Source of the DNA: Blasia pusilla
Lineage: Eukaryota
Reading direction: 5' to 3'
Length of the DNA stretch: 64,000 bases
Assembly: GCA_050084515.1 (NCBI GenBank)
Contig: CM114271.1
Coordinates: 28,892,001-28,956,000 of the forward strand
Positions within the stretch are counted from its first letter, which is position 1. The number at the start of each line of letters is the position of its first letter. The notes under the pieces were generated by a model. The model had not been told where the DNA came from, ran no database searches, and worked only from the letters and a program-made list of their open reading frames with translations. Of this stretch, positions 27,548 to 40,082 are shown in pieces. Both the position numbers and the translations under genes were made by a program.

Positions 27548-27964
27548 ATGACGAAGAAGCACTGGATTCAGCTTGGGAAAGCCATGTTGAGCACTTATGC
27601 CATTATTGGGGCGGCATGGTGGTGGGATGAGGCATCTCCGTTGGGATGGTGGACCTTGAAGCCTCGAACCAAGGAAGAGAGGGAGATGGCAAACCGTTAT
27701 CAGCGTCGCGATTTTCCGTATCCTGGGGATGAGGAAGCCGTGAAGGAATTCGTTGCAAAAGGGGGTACATACGGAACAACAATCGGGACTCAAGCGGCGA
27801 TGAAAATTGCCGGAGATGATCTAATATCAGATCTGCAGCGCGAGAAATTCGAGCGAGAGTCCCAGAAGTTGTGGCTCCGAATGAGGCATGAAGTTCTCAG
27901 GGAATACGAGGAACAAGGATATGACATGTTGAGTGAGAACGAGAGTGAGAGCTTGTCGCATTAA
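27548..27964 (+). CDS. Plant protein of unknown function, ~138 aa, single N-terminal hydrophobic segment, intronless CDS
   Basis: Clean ORF from ATG 27548 (the track starts at GTG 27542): hydrophobic AMLSTYAIIGAAWWW, then SPLGWWTLKPR..EE, R.FPYPGDEEAV.EFVAKGG..GTTIG, KFERESQKLWLRMRHEV. I recall these blocks as a conserved uncharacterised plant family; no gene symbol recognised. Confidence 0.8.
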   Translation: MTKKHWIQLGKAMLSTYAIIGAAWWWDEASPLGWWTLKPRTKEEREMANRYQRRDFPYPGDEEAVKEFVAKGGTYGTTIGTQAAMKIAGDDLISDLQREKFERESQKLWLRMRHEVLREYEEQGYDMLSENESESLSH

Positions 27965-30329
27965 CAGTATAGAGTCTACCTCCGAAAAACAGATATCGTC
28001 CCCTTATAGCAGGAGGGCTTGAAGCTAAAAGCTAAAGCCTCCAAGTTGCTGGCTGAATTCAGGCAATCCATGTCAGATTGCCATGGCAGAGTAGAGAAGG
28101 CTTGCAAGAGAATTGAGTGAGGAGGACGAAGGGTGAATGGTAATGGAGTTCGAGAGCATTGAAAGTGGTTTTGAAGAAGGGCAAACTCAAATCAGGGAAA
28201 TCGCCTCCGAGTTTCATCTTAGCATGGTCATAGACATGTTTATGAATATGTAATTTCTCGCTCCTCTGCATTCGTTCATGCCTCCTCAAAGGGTTCATCT
28301 GTTGGGGTTTGCATTCAGGGTGTGATTTTCGTTCTGCGCTTGTATATCAGGTCTGGCTGGCGCACATGTCTTATTCGCAAGAGCCACCTTCACGAACACT
28401 ACTTGCGTGTTCTGGAGGTCCATCCAGGCAAGTCAACAACAGCCAGTGTTCCACGTGTTATTGTACGACAGGTTTCTCACAGTTCTGACATCCTCACTAT
28501 CACTATCTCTAGCTTCACTCACGCAACTGTCATGGGCGGTGAATATGGTTCTAACAGGTTGCCGCAGCAGCGTTGGGTGGAGAATGTGGGCTACTGGACA
28601 TGAAGATCAACTCTTAATTCTTAAGCCTACCAACTCCTGAGTGTAGTGTTGCTCTTTTTGATGTCACTCTCTTGTGAGTGAGCTTCTATTGAATTGTATC
28701 CTGACCCACATACTCACACATTTTCTGCATCCTGATATGTTGTACTGGTCCTCGAAGTTCAGGAGATGGATTGTGTGGATAAGTGGGTTGATCCGGATAG
28801 TTGTGTGTTCAACACATTCCTCGTGCCTGAGCGGATGCACATGGGCCAATTGGATGAATTTAGGGCCTCTACTGAGAATGATTTTATCACATTCAGGTTA
28901 GCAGCAGTAGACATCTCAATAGCAACCCTGCAGGCTGCTCGGAATCACTTAGTTGACCATTTGTAGAGAACCTTTCTGTAATACTGAGATACACGCAACA
29001 GACTAGAACGACCGGCTTTGCAAATTGAAGTGAATCTCTAGAATGAAACGGAAACATCCCCGGCCATAATTGATCCCTTGTCCCTAGCCAACATATGGTC
29101 TGGAACAGACTCGTCGTACAGAATCCCACTCAAAAGATTGGACAGACTGTACTCATTAAGTAGTGCCTGTCGTAGCCTTGCGACCATAGACCCCGCGCCC
29201 TGGTTCAACGGTGTTTCAGACTGGGATGGGTGTAAAAAGATTGGACAGAAAGAGAGAGAGCAACAATACGGGCTTTAATTTATATTCGTATATTTAAATA
29301 AATACTTGGTGACCGAGTGCCTATATCATCCACCGCAGTGGAAGACTGAGGTGTGTTTATAGGTTAAGACCCAGTAAGACGAAAACAGACAGTTTTCCTC
29401 TGCACTGGTTCATCATCAGCTTGACTGAGCTGTGAGGTTGGAAATCCACCCATCAGATGTGGCACTCCTTAATCTGGTTTCGTAGGAATTTTTGCCCTCT
29501 CATTGAATCTCACTACCACAAGGTTATGTGAGGGAGGAGTCCCATGTCCAAAATGTTTTAGATGAAAGGCTGTATAGGTCTGATCTTTTAGCACCTGCGC
29601 ACATATGTGTGCAGGTGCTGCAAGATTCTCGGCCATAGCAAGTGTATTTCCACCGTATGGATATGATTCGCCAGGGAATATGGAGACTCACTACTAATTT
29701 CAGTTCTTGTAAACATTACTGCTCCTCTTCCTGTGTTCTCATGATATGATAAGGTTCTCCCCACAACACGACACATCTCAGTCTGCAGCTTGTTCAGACT
29801 TGATATTGAGCTTGGTCCATTTTGAGTAAAGCCACCGCAGATAATGTGTTAGTTCTCACATAGTTATCCAGCTATGGGGCCGTGAGTAGAATAGATGGCT
29901 CCGCTCAGATTGCTTGTGGGAAGAGTAAACAAAAGCTGACATCTGCAGAGTCGGATGTGTGCATCCACTTACGTTCTCACCTGCTGCTAGTTAGCATACA
30001 GATAGAGACAACCAGTATCCTACTTCAGATTGACAGCAGAAACAGGCTGAACATAAGGAAAATCCTTCATCACCTGATAGAATATTGATATACTTAGCCA
30101 AGCTGAGAACAGTACACTTCAAGAGCTACAGCAAGAGTTAATATTATCAGAGTGTCCTTGTCGTCCCTCCTTCTTTTGCCCTGGATGTTCATGTGTTTGC
30201 AAAAGTCTGTCCCTCACAGGAAAATAATAGCGCATTGGATAGCTCGTCACTTTGGCTTCTTTGCTTATAAAAGCGCACAATGCAGTGCAATCCAAGGATG
30301 ATGTTAGTAGGAGCCAAGCGTCCTCCCAG

Positions 30330-33020
30330 TGACCTAAAGAATTGGATTGCAAAAGTACCATCTTGAAACGTCACATGTTCAAATAAGAATATTGATCAAG
30401 TGGGAAAGGGTCATTCTAGCAGTAGCAGTCAGCGCCCAATTGAGAGGCCCAATTGAGGCTCCACACGTGTTCTCGATAACGAGCAAGGTACCTAATCACT
30501 CGAGCATCTCAAGATTCCTCAAACCCAGTTTTATGAATGTAGATACCATAAGGTTTGATGAAAAGAGTTGAGTCACATGACCACTCAGAAGCTCAACTCA
30601 GCAACAAGAGGGATATGAGGTACACCTCGAGGAACATGATTGCCACTAAGAGGGCCTTTAGTGGTGGTGTTTTCGATAGCCTGAGCCTGCCTTAGCTAAG
30701 CGTGTTACAAAGTTATGGAGACATGTTGCGACGCTGTTAGCCAAACGTGTGGCAATACGGAACATTAGAATTCTATTGGGCTCAGACTAGGATTCAAGTG
30801 CGTTGGAGTCTCTAGAATAAGACACGAGTTGTAAGCAAGATGCAAGGTTTGTCAGGCGTCTCAAGTAATGATTGTCATGACCTAGTAGAACTAGACCAAA
30901 TGCCAAGCTAGACCAAGTCCCACAAGAGTTGGGCACGAAGGCAGTTGGAACCTGACTAAGTATTTAGGGGTTCTCCGCGTTTGAGGTCATAACGACTAGA
31001 TCTAAGATGCGTTTGAGATGAAAATGTGGAGAAACCATTTAAAGTATGAGAATTATAGTTGGGTTGAGGGGCATAACAAGCAGCCTAAGAGGACTTTGCC
31101 AAAGACGGGGGGGTGAAGATTTCTAGAAGTATATGTAAGGGGAGGGTCTCCAAGGGAGTTTGGGACCCAAACCTCACCTTGGAAAACAGTGGGGGTGAGC
31201 CAAGAGTACAGAATGGATCGAGAGGTTGGATTCGAGAGGCGGACACCAAGCCAAGTCTACGGAAATTAATTACAGAAATCAACTTAGCTTGGGCCTTGAC
31301 CCTCGAGTCAGATATTGGGCTTGGGTAGAGACTCGTTCGAGGTTTATTGGGTTGTTGGGACCATCAAGCGTGCTAACAATGTTTTACGTTCTTGGACTAT
31401 GAATGAAGTTTGTGTTGAGTCTTCAAGTCTTCAACTATGACGGGCTCTGGTGGCGTCCGAAGGTACCTGGGCCCACTCGCACTTGTCCGTCCTAGGGACG
31501 GACATAAGTGCGCGGATATGAACATGTCCATGTGCAATCTTGAACATTAATGGTGTATGAAGTGCCTCCCAAAACGTAAAAGACCATGGAACCCTCGCCT
31601 GTCGTCCATTGATCCCCTGCTTTGGGTCTATCTCAACCTCATTTCTCAATGGCTTGGTCACTCTCATAGCACCCGGAGTCACCACAGCAACAATCTTCAC
31701 CTGAGCCACAATACATATTAATCTCAGACCAACGTAATCCTCCCATGTATCTTGATACAACATAGAGGTTGGAGCCAAAGTAGCTATTCATACATGCAAT
31801 CTGTTCACTAGACCCACTCTCCAATGATGACGATTCAACCACGAATGGAAGTTGGGATGGTTCTTCACTCAAAATCGCTCGATACCTTATGTCACTCAAC
31901 GTAATACCACGACCACCGCTCAAACTACCCTATTCTTCCAAACCTTGGAAGAACATTGTGATGAAAACCCTGCCTCACACACTCATACGCTCAGACTCAC
32001 TAAGACTTTCTCACACTCCTCACTATCTCACCCACCTTAATGCTAACCTTGTAATGACACATTAGGCCTTACGCTCACTCAATCGCTCGAGCTCACCTTA
32101 AGCCTCATATACTAGCTCATCTAAGCTATTGAAAACCTCGGGTTGTACACAAGACCCCTACTCGGGCAGCCATCCTATATCCACAAACACACTACACGCG
32201 CAAGAAGTCTATAATTGACATCATTGCTACATCCATCTAGCACAAGATTTATACGATATCCGACACCCTTAATGACATGAGACAAGTGTGGGAAAAGGGA
32301 CTCGCATGGACAACCTAAACACGCACATCATCACTCTATAGCATAATAGCACAATCAACATTGTCTGCTCTATGTGGTACGGCTACCTTCACGAGATGAT
32401 TATCTCCTTGACCAACACGTCGAATCTCTTGTCAACAGATGGGGACTATTCGCCAACATCCTCCTGAGTGCCTCCACCTCTAGCACTTCATCGCAAGTTT
32501 TCAATGTGGATCATCCATCTCAACATTGGTCGACACAATACTAGTGAGTCAAAAACTATGCCAATGACTCACGGTAGACCAGGAGTCTCGCTGAAAATGA
32601 CAAACCCCACTCCACTACACCAAGTTGTGAAGCAACTAGTGAAATTTCTCCAACCAACCTCCAAGAAAACCATGGCTTAACTACGTCATGCCACTCAACC
32701 TTGTAGCCCAGATACCATGGTCAACTTGCTCACCACGTCCGACATCCCAACCATGTAGCCCAGCCAACCGTGCAGAAACTCTAGTTGGGCGGCCAGTTGC
32801 AAACCCGTCACTACCCCGTGCATGGTCTAGCCTCAGGCCTGAATTCTGTCCAAGCCCATTATTGTACAATACCCTATGCAAGAGGTCCGTCATAACTCTA
32901 GTTGCTTTGTCCAAGAGTGATAGCCTTTGTTTGAGTTACTTTCATTTAATGCATTGTCATCCCAGTGCTCAAACCTCCATCCTTGACGCCAAGGGATAGA
33001 AAACACAACCTCAACATTTA
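30330..33020. mobile_element. Mosaic of decayed LTR retrotransposon fragments, including an LTR piece (~30870-31430, +) related to the chromovirus LTR at 56446-57431
   Basis: 31128-31167 aagtatatgtaaggggagggtctccaagggagtttgggacc aligns by eye with the reverse complement of ~56900-56945 aagtacgagtaagggggaaggtctccaagagtgcttgggac, and flanks stay colinear. The rest is non-coding or broken. Boundaries are approximate. Confidence 0.55.
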
Positions 33021-33625
33021 ATGTTCAACACGTATTACTATGGGCCTTTGGCACCCGTGCTAGTGGTTAGGAAACCCGTGATTTGCATTGTGGGAGAAAA
33101 ATATCCACGGAGATTTTTTACTGGTAGTGGAAACATTCAAGGCCAACGGTTGCGGCATCGCGGCATCATGGTGTACCATGGTACACCTATTGCCATGCAC
33201 GATCAGCATGACCATGTGCATATTGATACATTCCCATGGTAATGCATGATGGGCATGGCCATTTCTTGCATGGCATGAATGTATGAATGAATGGTGATAT
33301 GGCCATCAGTGATGGCAGCTATGGCGTCCACGCACGCATATCCATTCCATGTAGCATTTACGCTCTTTGCTTCTCCAGTGCGCCTTTGCTTCCCCGCTGG
33401 GCCTTTGCTTCCCCGCGGGGCCTTTGCTTCTGAATTGCTTGCTATTCTTCAATTTTGATCGGATGTTTGATTGTTCATTTCATTTTTTTTCGTGTTTATG
33501 TCGCTTGATGCGATGTAGGTAGAGTCGATGGCGATGTAGTCGTAACACGTATTGTCATGCGGAAACACTTAATGATTGTCATACGATTTTGAATTGAAGC
33601 TTCGGGTGCCAAGTATCAAGGTTTT

Positions 33626-33812
33626 GGGATTCGTGAAGGTCTTTGGCGCACGGGGGAGTCACCAGTGGATGCCAGCAGCCGAGGTGCCGATTTATGGGAT
33701 TCGGGAAGGTCTTTGGAGGATGCGGGCGAGCCATCGATGCATGCCAGCAACCGAGGGGCCGATACTTGTTATTCAGGAAGGTCTTTGGAGTGTGCGGGGG
33801 AGCCATTGATGG
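33626..33812. repeat. About 3 copies of a ~70-bp tandem repeat
   Basis: Repeated core attcgggaaggtctttgg...gcgggggagcca...atgccagcaaccgagg.gccgat. Confidence 0.85.
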
Positions 33813-34332
33813 ACAATGCATCCAATTTAGGCGAAGAGGAAGCTCCATCAACCTACTTTCTGTGAGTGGATTAGGGCGTCCCCTACCTTTTATCTGTTGC
33901 TTGAACTTATTGCCTTTCATGCAAGAGAATCACTAGATTTACCACAGGACTTCTTACTTATACCATTCATTCCAGCGCATGTGTATGCATTACACCACCT
34001 CACCATGAACATGTAAGTGCACAAATGTGCAAAGGCTGTGGATCAGAACACATGAGCAGGGAGGGTGTAGAGTGCTCTATCAGGCACGTTTAAATTTGAA
34101 AGCCCTTGAATTCTCCTTTGCTGTTTCGTGCATTATCTTCACCTATATTCTTGTTGTACCGTACGTTTCAAAACTCATTTTTTTGCTCCTTATAATGGGA
34201 AAAAATCTGGAAGGGAAGCACCAGGATATGTTGGAATTCTGCTCGAATTTCCACTGTCAGATCAGGGTTTCCACATGGGGTGTACAGGAAATTCCTTGAT
34301 TCATCGCCGAGAGAAATTTTGTAGTCCGCATA

Positions 34333-34928
34333 TGTTATAGTGCTCTCATATCTTATTTTGACGTAGGTAGAGTTCTATTGTATCGACGGCATAGAGAGTC
34401 AGCGGGGTGTTCGGGTGTAACTTAGTCCCGAGATGTTAGATGAGGTTGGCAACAGGTCTCTTGTGCCGGGACGTCGTTTATGGTGATTTCCCTATTTTGG
34501 TTTTAGCCCGTCAGGTGGCCCGTTGGTAGAGCTATTTTTGAAAGAAGAGCTTTTGGCTTTTCCCAAGGGTATAAGAGTGAGGAAGATGGCTTTCCCAAGC
34601 CATCTTTCTCATGTTGAGCCTTAGGAGCGCCTCTCTTGCATAGACGTGTGTGTGTGTGTGTAGAAGTCACGGTGCTAGCGTCCAGATTCCCTCATATCAG
34701 AGGGTGGATGTGGTTTGATATGCCGATGTAGATTCATGAGTGGAGTTTTAGGCCGGGTGAGCCATTTTTACTACTCAGATTTTTTTGTGGGGTCCCTTTG
34801 CTTATGTGTTAGTAGTTTTTTTTATCCCTTTATCTTCCCCTACCCGTATGTTGGGGAAGATCGGTGTTGTGTGGTATGTAGATGTGACATGCAATGTGGA
34901 TTGTGTAGCGATGTGTATGCGCACAACA
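34333..34928 (+). mobile_element. Solo LTR related to the LTR of the PHD/DNMT retroelement (55054-55699)
   Basis: Ends tgtgtagcgatgtgtatgcgcacaaCA, like the minus-strand LTR end tgtgtagcgatgtgtatgtgcacgaCA at 55054. Internal blocks (catctttctcatgttgagcc; ctcatatcagagggtggatgtggtttga) are also similar. Start is approximate and no TSD was seen. Confidence 0.55.
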
Positions 34929-35104
34929 GTGCACATGAGAGTAGATGGGTAGATCTGCCGCGCCTTGGCCAAATCAGTTCGAGCAATCTTTGTCACATTT
35001 TTTCTTGAGGATAATTTCTTGTTACATTTTCAGCAAGGAACATCAAATTAGGGTTTGGCTGCCCCACTACGACAGTAAGAAGGACACTTAGAAGGACAAA
35101 CATG

Positions 35105-37805
35105 TAAACCATCCATGACAGAATTGGATGGTCTTCAATACCTAGAATCCATCCATGACAAAATTGGATGGTCTTCAATCCGGCCTTCCGAAATTTCGAG
35201 CAATGAAATTAATCAACCATGCAATGAATTTTGGCAGTTAGGAATAGAGGTTCAATCCATGCCAACCTATCTCCTAGATTAATGCCATGCTTATATGCAT
35301 TGGGTGAAACCTACATTAATGTCACTAAAGAATTGTACATCACTTCCCTTTGCTATTTATGTTGTGCAAAGATTTAGGGTGGAATTTCTGCCATTGGGAT
35401 TTATTTTGGTTTTGGCTAGCCTTGTAGGGTAGTAGAAGATATAATGGGCAATAAAGACAAGAAACCCTGGATTGAGATATTTGGATTATGAATGGAGATT
35501 GAATCCATGACAGAATTACAGAATTTTTTGGTGGAATTTTTGCCACTATGATCAAATTTATGGTGGAATTTATGGCATTGGTATGAATTTTGCTTTTGGC
35601 TGGCCAAGGAGGGCAGTAGAAGATACAATGGGTAATAAAATGAAGAAACCCTAGATTCAAGGGATTCCATGAAGAAGGGTGGTGGGTGAGGGTTTAGCTA
35701 TTAGTTCACATGGCAATTTACTGTACACGTTTAATAAACTAGACACCACTTATGATATATGAAATTCAAGGTTCTAAAATTGTGTGATGTTTTGGGCAGA
35801 ATGCAAACTCGACAAGATTACAATATTAAGATGGATGACAATGAAGTAATGATGAGAATACTTGGACTAGGAATGAAAGTTACACCCATTATGCCTTGTC
35901 CTCACCCTTGAATGTGTAGGGTTTAGGGTGGCATCAATCCGTATCCTATATACATGCTTGGTATTATTTTGTTGCACAATTTCCTGCTGGAATTCTCTAT
36001 ATGGGGATCAAGAGCTGACCATGTAGAACTGTACATCACTTCCCTTTGCAATTTGTGGTGTGCATAAATTTATGGTGGAATTTCTGCCATTGGGATCAAT
36101 TTTGGTTTTGGCTGGCCAGGTAGGTAGTAGAAGATACACTGAGCAATAAAATCAAGAAACCCTGGATTGAGATATTTGGATTATGAATTGAGGTTGAATC
36201 CATGACAGAATTATAGATATTTCTGGTGGAATATCTGCCACTGGGATCAAATTTAGGGTGGAATTTATGGTTGAATCCTTGGGATTGGGATCAATTTTGG
36301 TTTTGGCTGGCTAGGTAGGGTAGTAGAAGATTTAGTGGGTAATAAAATGAAGAAACCCTAGCATGAAATATCTGGATTATGAATGGAGGTTCCATCCACG
36401 ACAAAATTACCATTACCCTGACCTAATACCATGCTTATATCCATGACAGAATTACCATCTCCCTAAACTAATACCTTATTTATATCCATTACAGAATTAC
36501 CAACTTAAAGACACAAGGATAGATTTAGGGTTAAGTCATGGGGATAAATTTAGCATAAGTCATGGGGATAAATTTAGGATTAAGAAGAACATACAATGTG
36601 GATCAGAAATTCAAGGTTTCAATGGTCTTAGATTCCCAAGCCATAATCCAATGTACAGTATACGATTAGTACAACACTTAGATATGGGGATAAATTCAGC
36701 ATTAAGAATAACATACAGTGTCACATAGTAATTAATGGTTTCAAATATCTTAGATTCAATGACCACAATCTGGTTTACAGTACATTGGTTAATATAGAAT
36801 TCAGACATGGGGATTTCAAAGCCTGCAATTACATTACCTTTATGGTCATACATGACATAATTAATACCATCTCCCTAACTAATACCCTGCTTACATTTGT
36901 AACAGAATTACCATCTCCCTAAACTAATACCATGCTTATATCTATGACAGAATTACCATTACCCTAAACTAGTACTCTACTTTTATCAAAGGGAACCCAT
37001 GGGGATCAATGGTTGGCCACGTACAACAATACAAGATGTAGTTGGGATCAAGAATGTAGGTTCCATCCCTGACAGTGTACAAAGCAATACCCTGCTCATA
37101 TGCAACTCTTGAAACCTACTTAAAGGAGGCTACTTATGACAATCAGAAATCCAAGGATTCAAATACCTTAGATTCATTGGGCAGAATACAATTTAGAGTA
37201 GAGGGTTAGTATAGTACTTAGACACGAGGATAAATTTAGCATTAACATGAACATATAAATTGGATCAGAAATTCAAGGTTTCAATTGTCTTCGAACCCCA
37301 AGCCATAATCCAATGTACAGTATAGGGTTAGTACAACACTTAGACATGGGGATAAATGCAGCATTAAGAATAAGATACAATGTCATAGAGTAGTTAATGG
37401 TTTCAAATACGTTAGATTCAGTGTCTAGATTCCAGTTTACAGTACACTGGTTGATATAGAATTCAAACATGGGGATATCAAAGCGTGCAATTACATTGCC
37501 TTTATGGTCATACATGATAGAATAACCATCTCCCTAAACTAATACCCTCCTTATATCTATGAGAGAATTACCATTACCCTAAGCTAACACTCTGCTTTTA
37601 TCAAAGGGAATCCATGGGGATCAATGGTTGGCCAGGTACAACAGTATACGATATAGTTGGGATCGAGAATATTGGATCAGAAATTCAAGGTTTTAATTGT
37701 CTTAGATTCCCAAACCATAATCCAATATACAATACAGGGTTAGTACAACACTTAGACATGGGGATAAATTTAGCATCAAGAATAACATACAGTGTCACAG
37801 AAACA
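35105..37805. repeat. Complex higher-order tandem repeat array
   Basis: 35330-35660 repeated at 36025-36400; 36590-37050 repeated at 37250-37680 plus a third partial copy; ~45-bp subunits atccatgacagaattaccatctccctaaactaataccatgcttat. Confidence 0.9.
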
Positions 37806-37855
37806 CAGTTGCAAGGAGTCATAGCAAGGAGAATGGTAAAATGAAGAATGGTAAA

Positions 37856-38843
37856 TCAAAGACACATGGTTATGGAACGCATCATTGCCATCAGTTGAGC
37901 CGTATAACTGGCCGTATAATTGCCACTCAGATTTAAGATGGCCAAAATACCACTTACAAAATGTTGTTGGGCTACCCCCCTCACTAGCGTGTTAGCTGCT
38001 GCTATAACATTAGTGCATAAATCTATTCCCGAGCCTGCTCTATATGGCAAGGGCTCACCAACCACGGGTGTACACCTTTGAATCAACTGACTAGGAATCT
38101 CAACATTGTTAAATTCAACAGCAGCAAGCAAGTGATGCATAAGTATTGCATCACAGAGACCATTGAGATACTCCATGTAGGATTATTCGTACATGCACTA
38201 TCAGACCCAATAACACCCGCTAATGAGGATTCAACATGAGCCTTCATGTGTACGTCATGCCGAAATTTTATCCTAGTAAACTGGGTTTGGATGGCCATTG
38301 TCCTGCTAGTATCTGAGAATGTGGGAGGGGCATTCACTCAGTTGGGCATACCATAATCCACACTACCAGGAGATCTAATTGGTGCATTACACTGGTCTAG
38401 TATCCCATCTATACTGTAGGAGGCTAGTATGCAACCAGTGCCTACTGCCAATCTCTTCGACGCAAAATGATACTCTACATGCCTTGTAGAGGTTCCAAAA
38501 CCATGAATTGATCCTGCAATGTGAGACGGTGGAACACTTCAGCTTCCATCTTCAACAAATCTTCCGCACATTGAAACATTGTGCACTGAATATTGCATCC
38601 ATCTACCTCCGCAATAGCTCTCATCTTGTAGGCTAATGAACACAGGGGCTTCTCCCGCCCGTACCAATAGCAGAATGTCTCGTTCCAATACCTATTGCAC
38701 TTTTGGCCCCTGGCTATTGTGGTGTTGCACGCCATGTAAACCACGCTCATAGCATCAAAGGTGAGTGATGCTTTCGTCAGAATGTCTCTCCCATCGGGGT
38801 GTGCTTTTATATCCCCTATACTCAGAAGTGTAGAATTTGACAT
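37856..38843 (-). pseudogene. RPA1 (RPA70) C-terminal OB-fold/zinc-ribbon-like gene, frameshifted, with an unrecognised C-terminal extension
   Basis: TKASLTFDAMSVVYMACNTTIARGQKCNRYWNETFCYWYGREKPLCSLAYKMRAIAEVDGCNIQCTMFQCAEDLLKMEAEVF follows the RPA70 DBD-C pattern (KA.I....YxAC....CNKK....CxxC.....C..RY.L........T.FQ.AE.I....A..L); one Cys is now Tyr. It continues in shifted frames (VEYHFASKRL...; ORFs 38083-38337 and 37856-38176). Recognised by eye only. Confidence 0.55.
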
Positions 38844-39721
38844 GGGTCCTCGTAATGTAATTTTGTAGCGGGAGCTGGGCTATCGACAAACACAATGAGT
38901 AAAGAAGTAATGGACAAAAGAAACGCATGACTATCCACGGAGATCACTCAAGAAAGAAGCTACTGTAGAAGTCTAGAATGGGAGCCCGGAGCAGGGTTCG
39001 GGAGGTTTTTTTAGCAGGACGCGGTCCATCGTCGGGAATGTCCAATCGGAAACGGTAATTCCGGATTTTAAACCGGTTTTGAGATACGAAATACAAAGGA
39101 CCTGCTCGAATTCCAGCCGGTTTTCGTAGGCGACTTTTTAAACGATCAAAATTCTCAAATTTAACCGGCTAGCAATATTCGTAACCCCGGATCTCCCTGA
39201 TCATTGGCCTGGAGCTCGGACGCTCCTAAATGGTGCTCGGCCTCGGCCACATCCTTGGTGTTTGCAGATATGGCTCAGCACCAAGCGTATGCTACATTAG
39301 CACAAATGGACCATACAGACTACAAGACACAACACGCGGCAAGGAAGCCAATGGGAATGGATAGAATAAACGGCTCGAGGCACCAAGGCATGTGAAACCA
39401 AAATACCCAACGCCCAAGCTTGGCTTGGCGGTGCCGGCCGTATGAAATACAGTTCTTTAAAAATACACCTAAGCGCTCGGTTTTGTAAATTGGAATTCCA
39501 GACAAGCCTGAGAAACGTCGAGAGACATCCCCAATTTTGACTATCACAATTCAACAGGGTTAGTTTCCAGTAACGCAGGCCATTCACTTTCCGGAGCTTG
39601 AATGTCCCGGGTAGAAATCCGATTAGTATTGAGAGCTGCGATTGGACGCGTCATCCATTTCAGGCTCCATTGCACACCAGGCTGTCGTAATTAAACCAAC
39701 ATACGAAGCTTATTCGAAAAC

Positions 39722-40014
39722 TGTTAGAAGATAATCACCAGAATTCCCATCGCCATGTATGTAATGTTGTTGAATTCTGGTGCTCCGGGTTGAGAAGGCC
39801 GCAGTTAGTCAATTGTGCAGGGCGTTGTGCTGTAGCTGGGGTGTAGGTGAGGCGTTTGGGGAAAAACGGAGGAGTGAGCTTAGTTCGCAGACTTGTTAGA
39901 AGACAATCACGAGAATTCCCATCGCCATGTATGTAATGTTGTTGAATTCTGGTGCTCATGGTTGAGAAGGCGGCGGTTAGTCAATTGTGCAGGAGCGAGC
40001 TTAGTTCACAGATT
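39722..40014. repeat. 172-bp-period tandem duplication upstream of the C2H2-like ORF
   Basis: tgttagaaga.aatcac.agaattcccatcgccatgtatgtaatgttgttgaattctggtgctc at 39722 and 39894; the second copy has an internal deletion. Confidence 0.9.
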
Positions 40015-40082
40015 GCTGTTGGATCTCGGGCGGGGTGGGGAGTGCAGAGAGGGATCTTGGCTGGAAAGGTAGGCAAAGCAGC

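Noticed and set aside
28000-30400. Additional gene in short ORFs after the small membrane-protein gene
   Set aside because: No recognisable domain and no consistent exon chain on either strand; may be UTR, lncRNA or decayed sequence.
35105-37805. CRISPR-like array
   Set aside because: Eukaryotic context, degenerate units, non-unique spacers and no cas genes; it is a tandem repeat.
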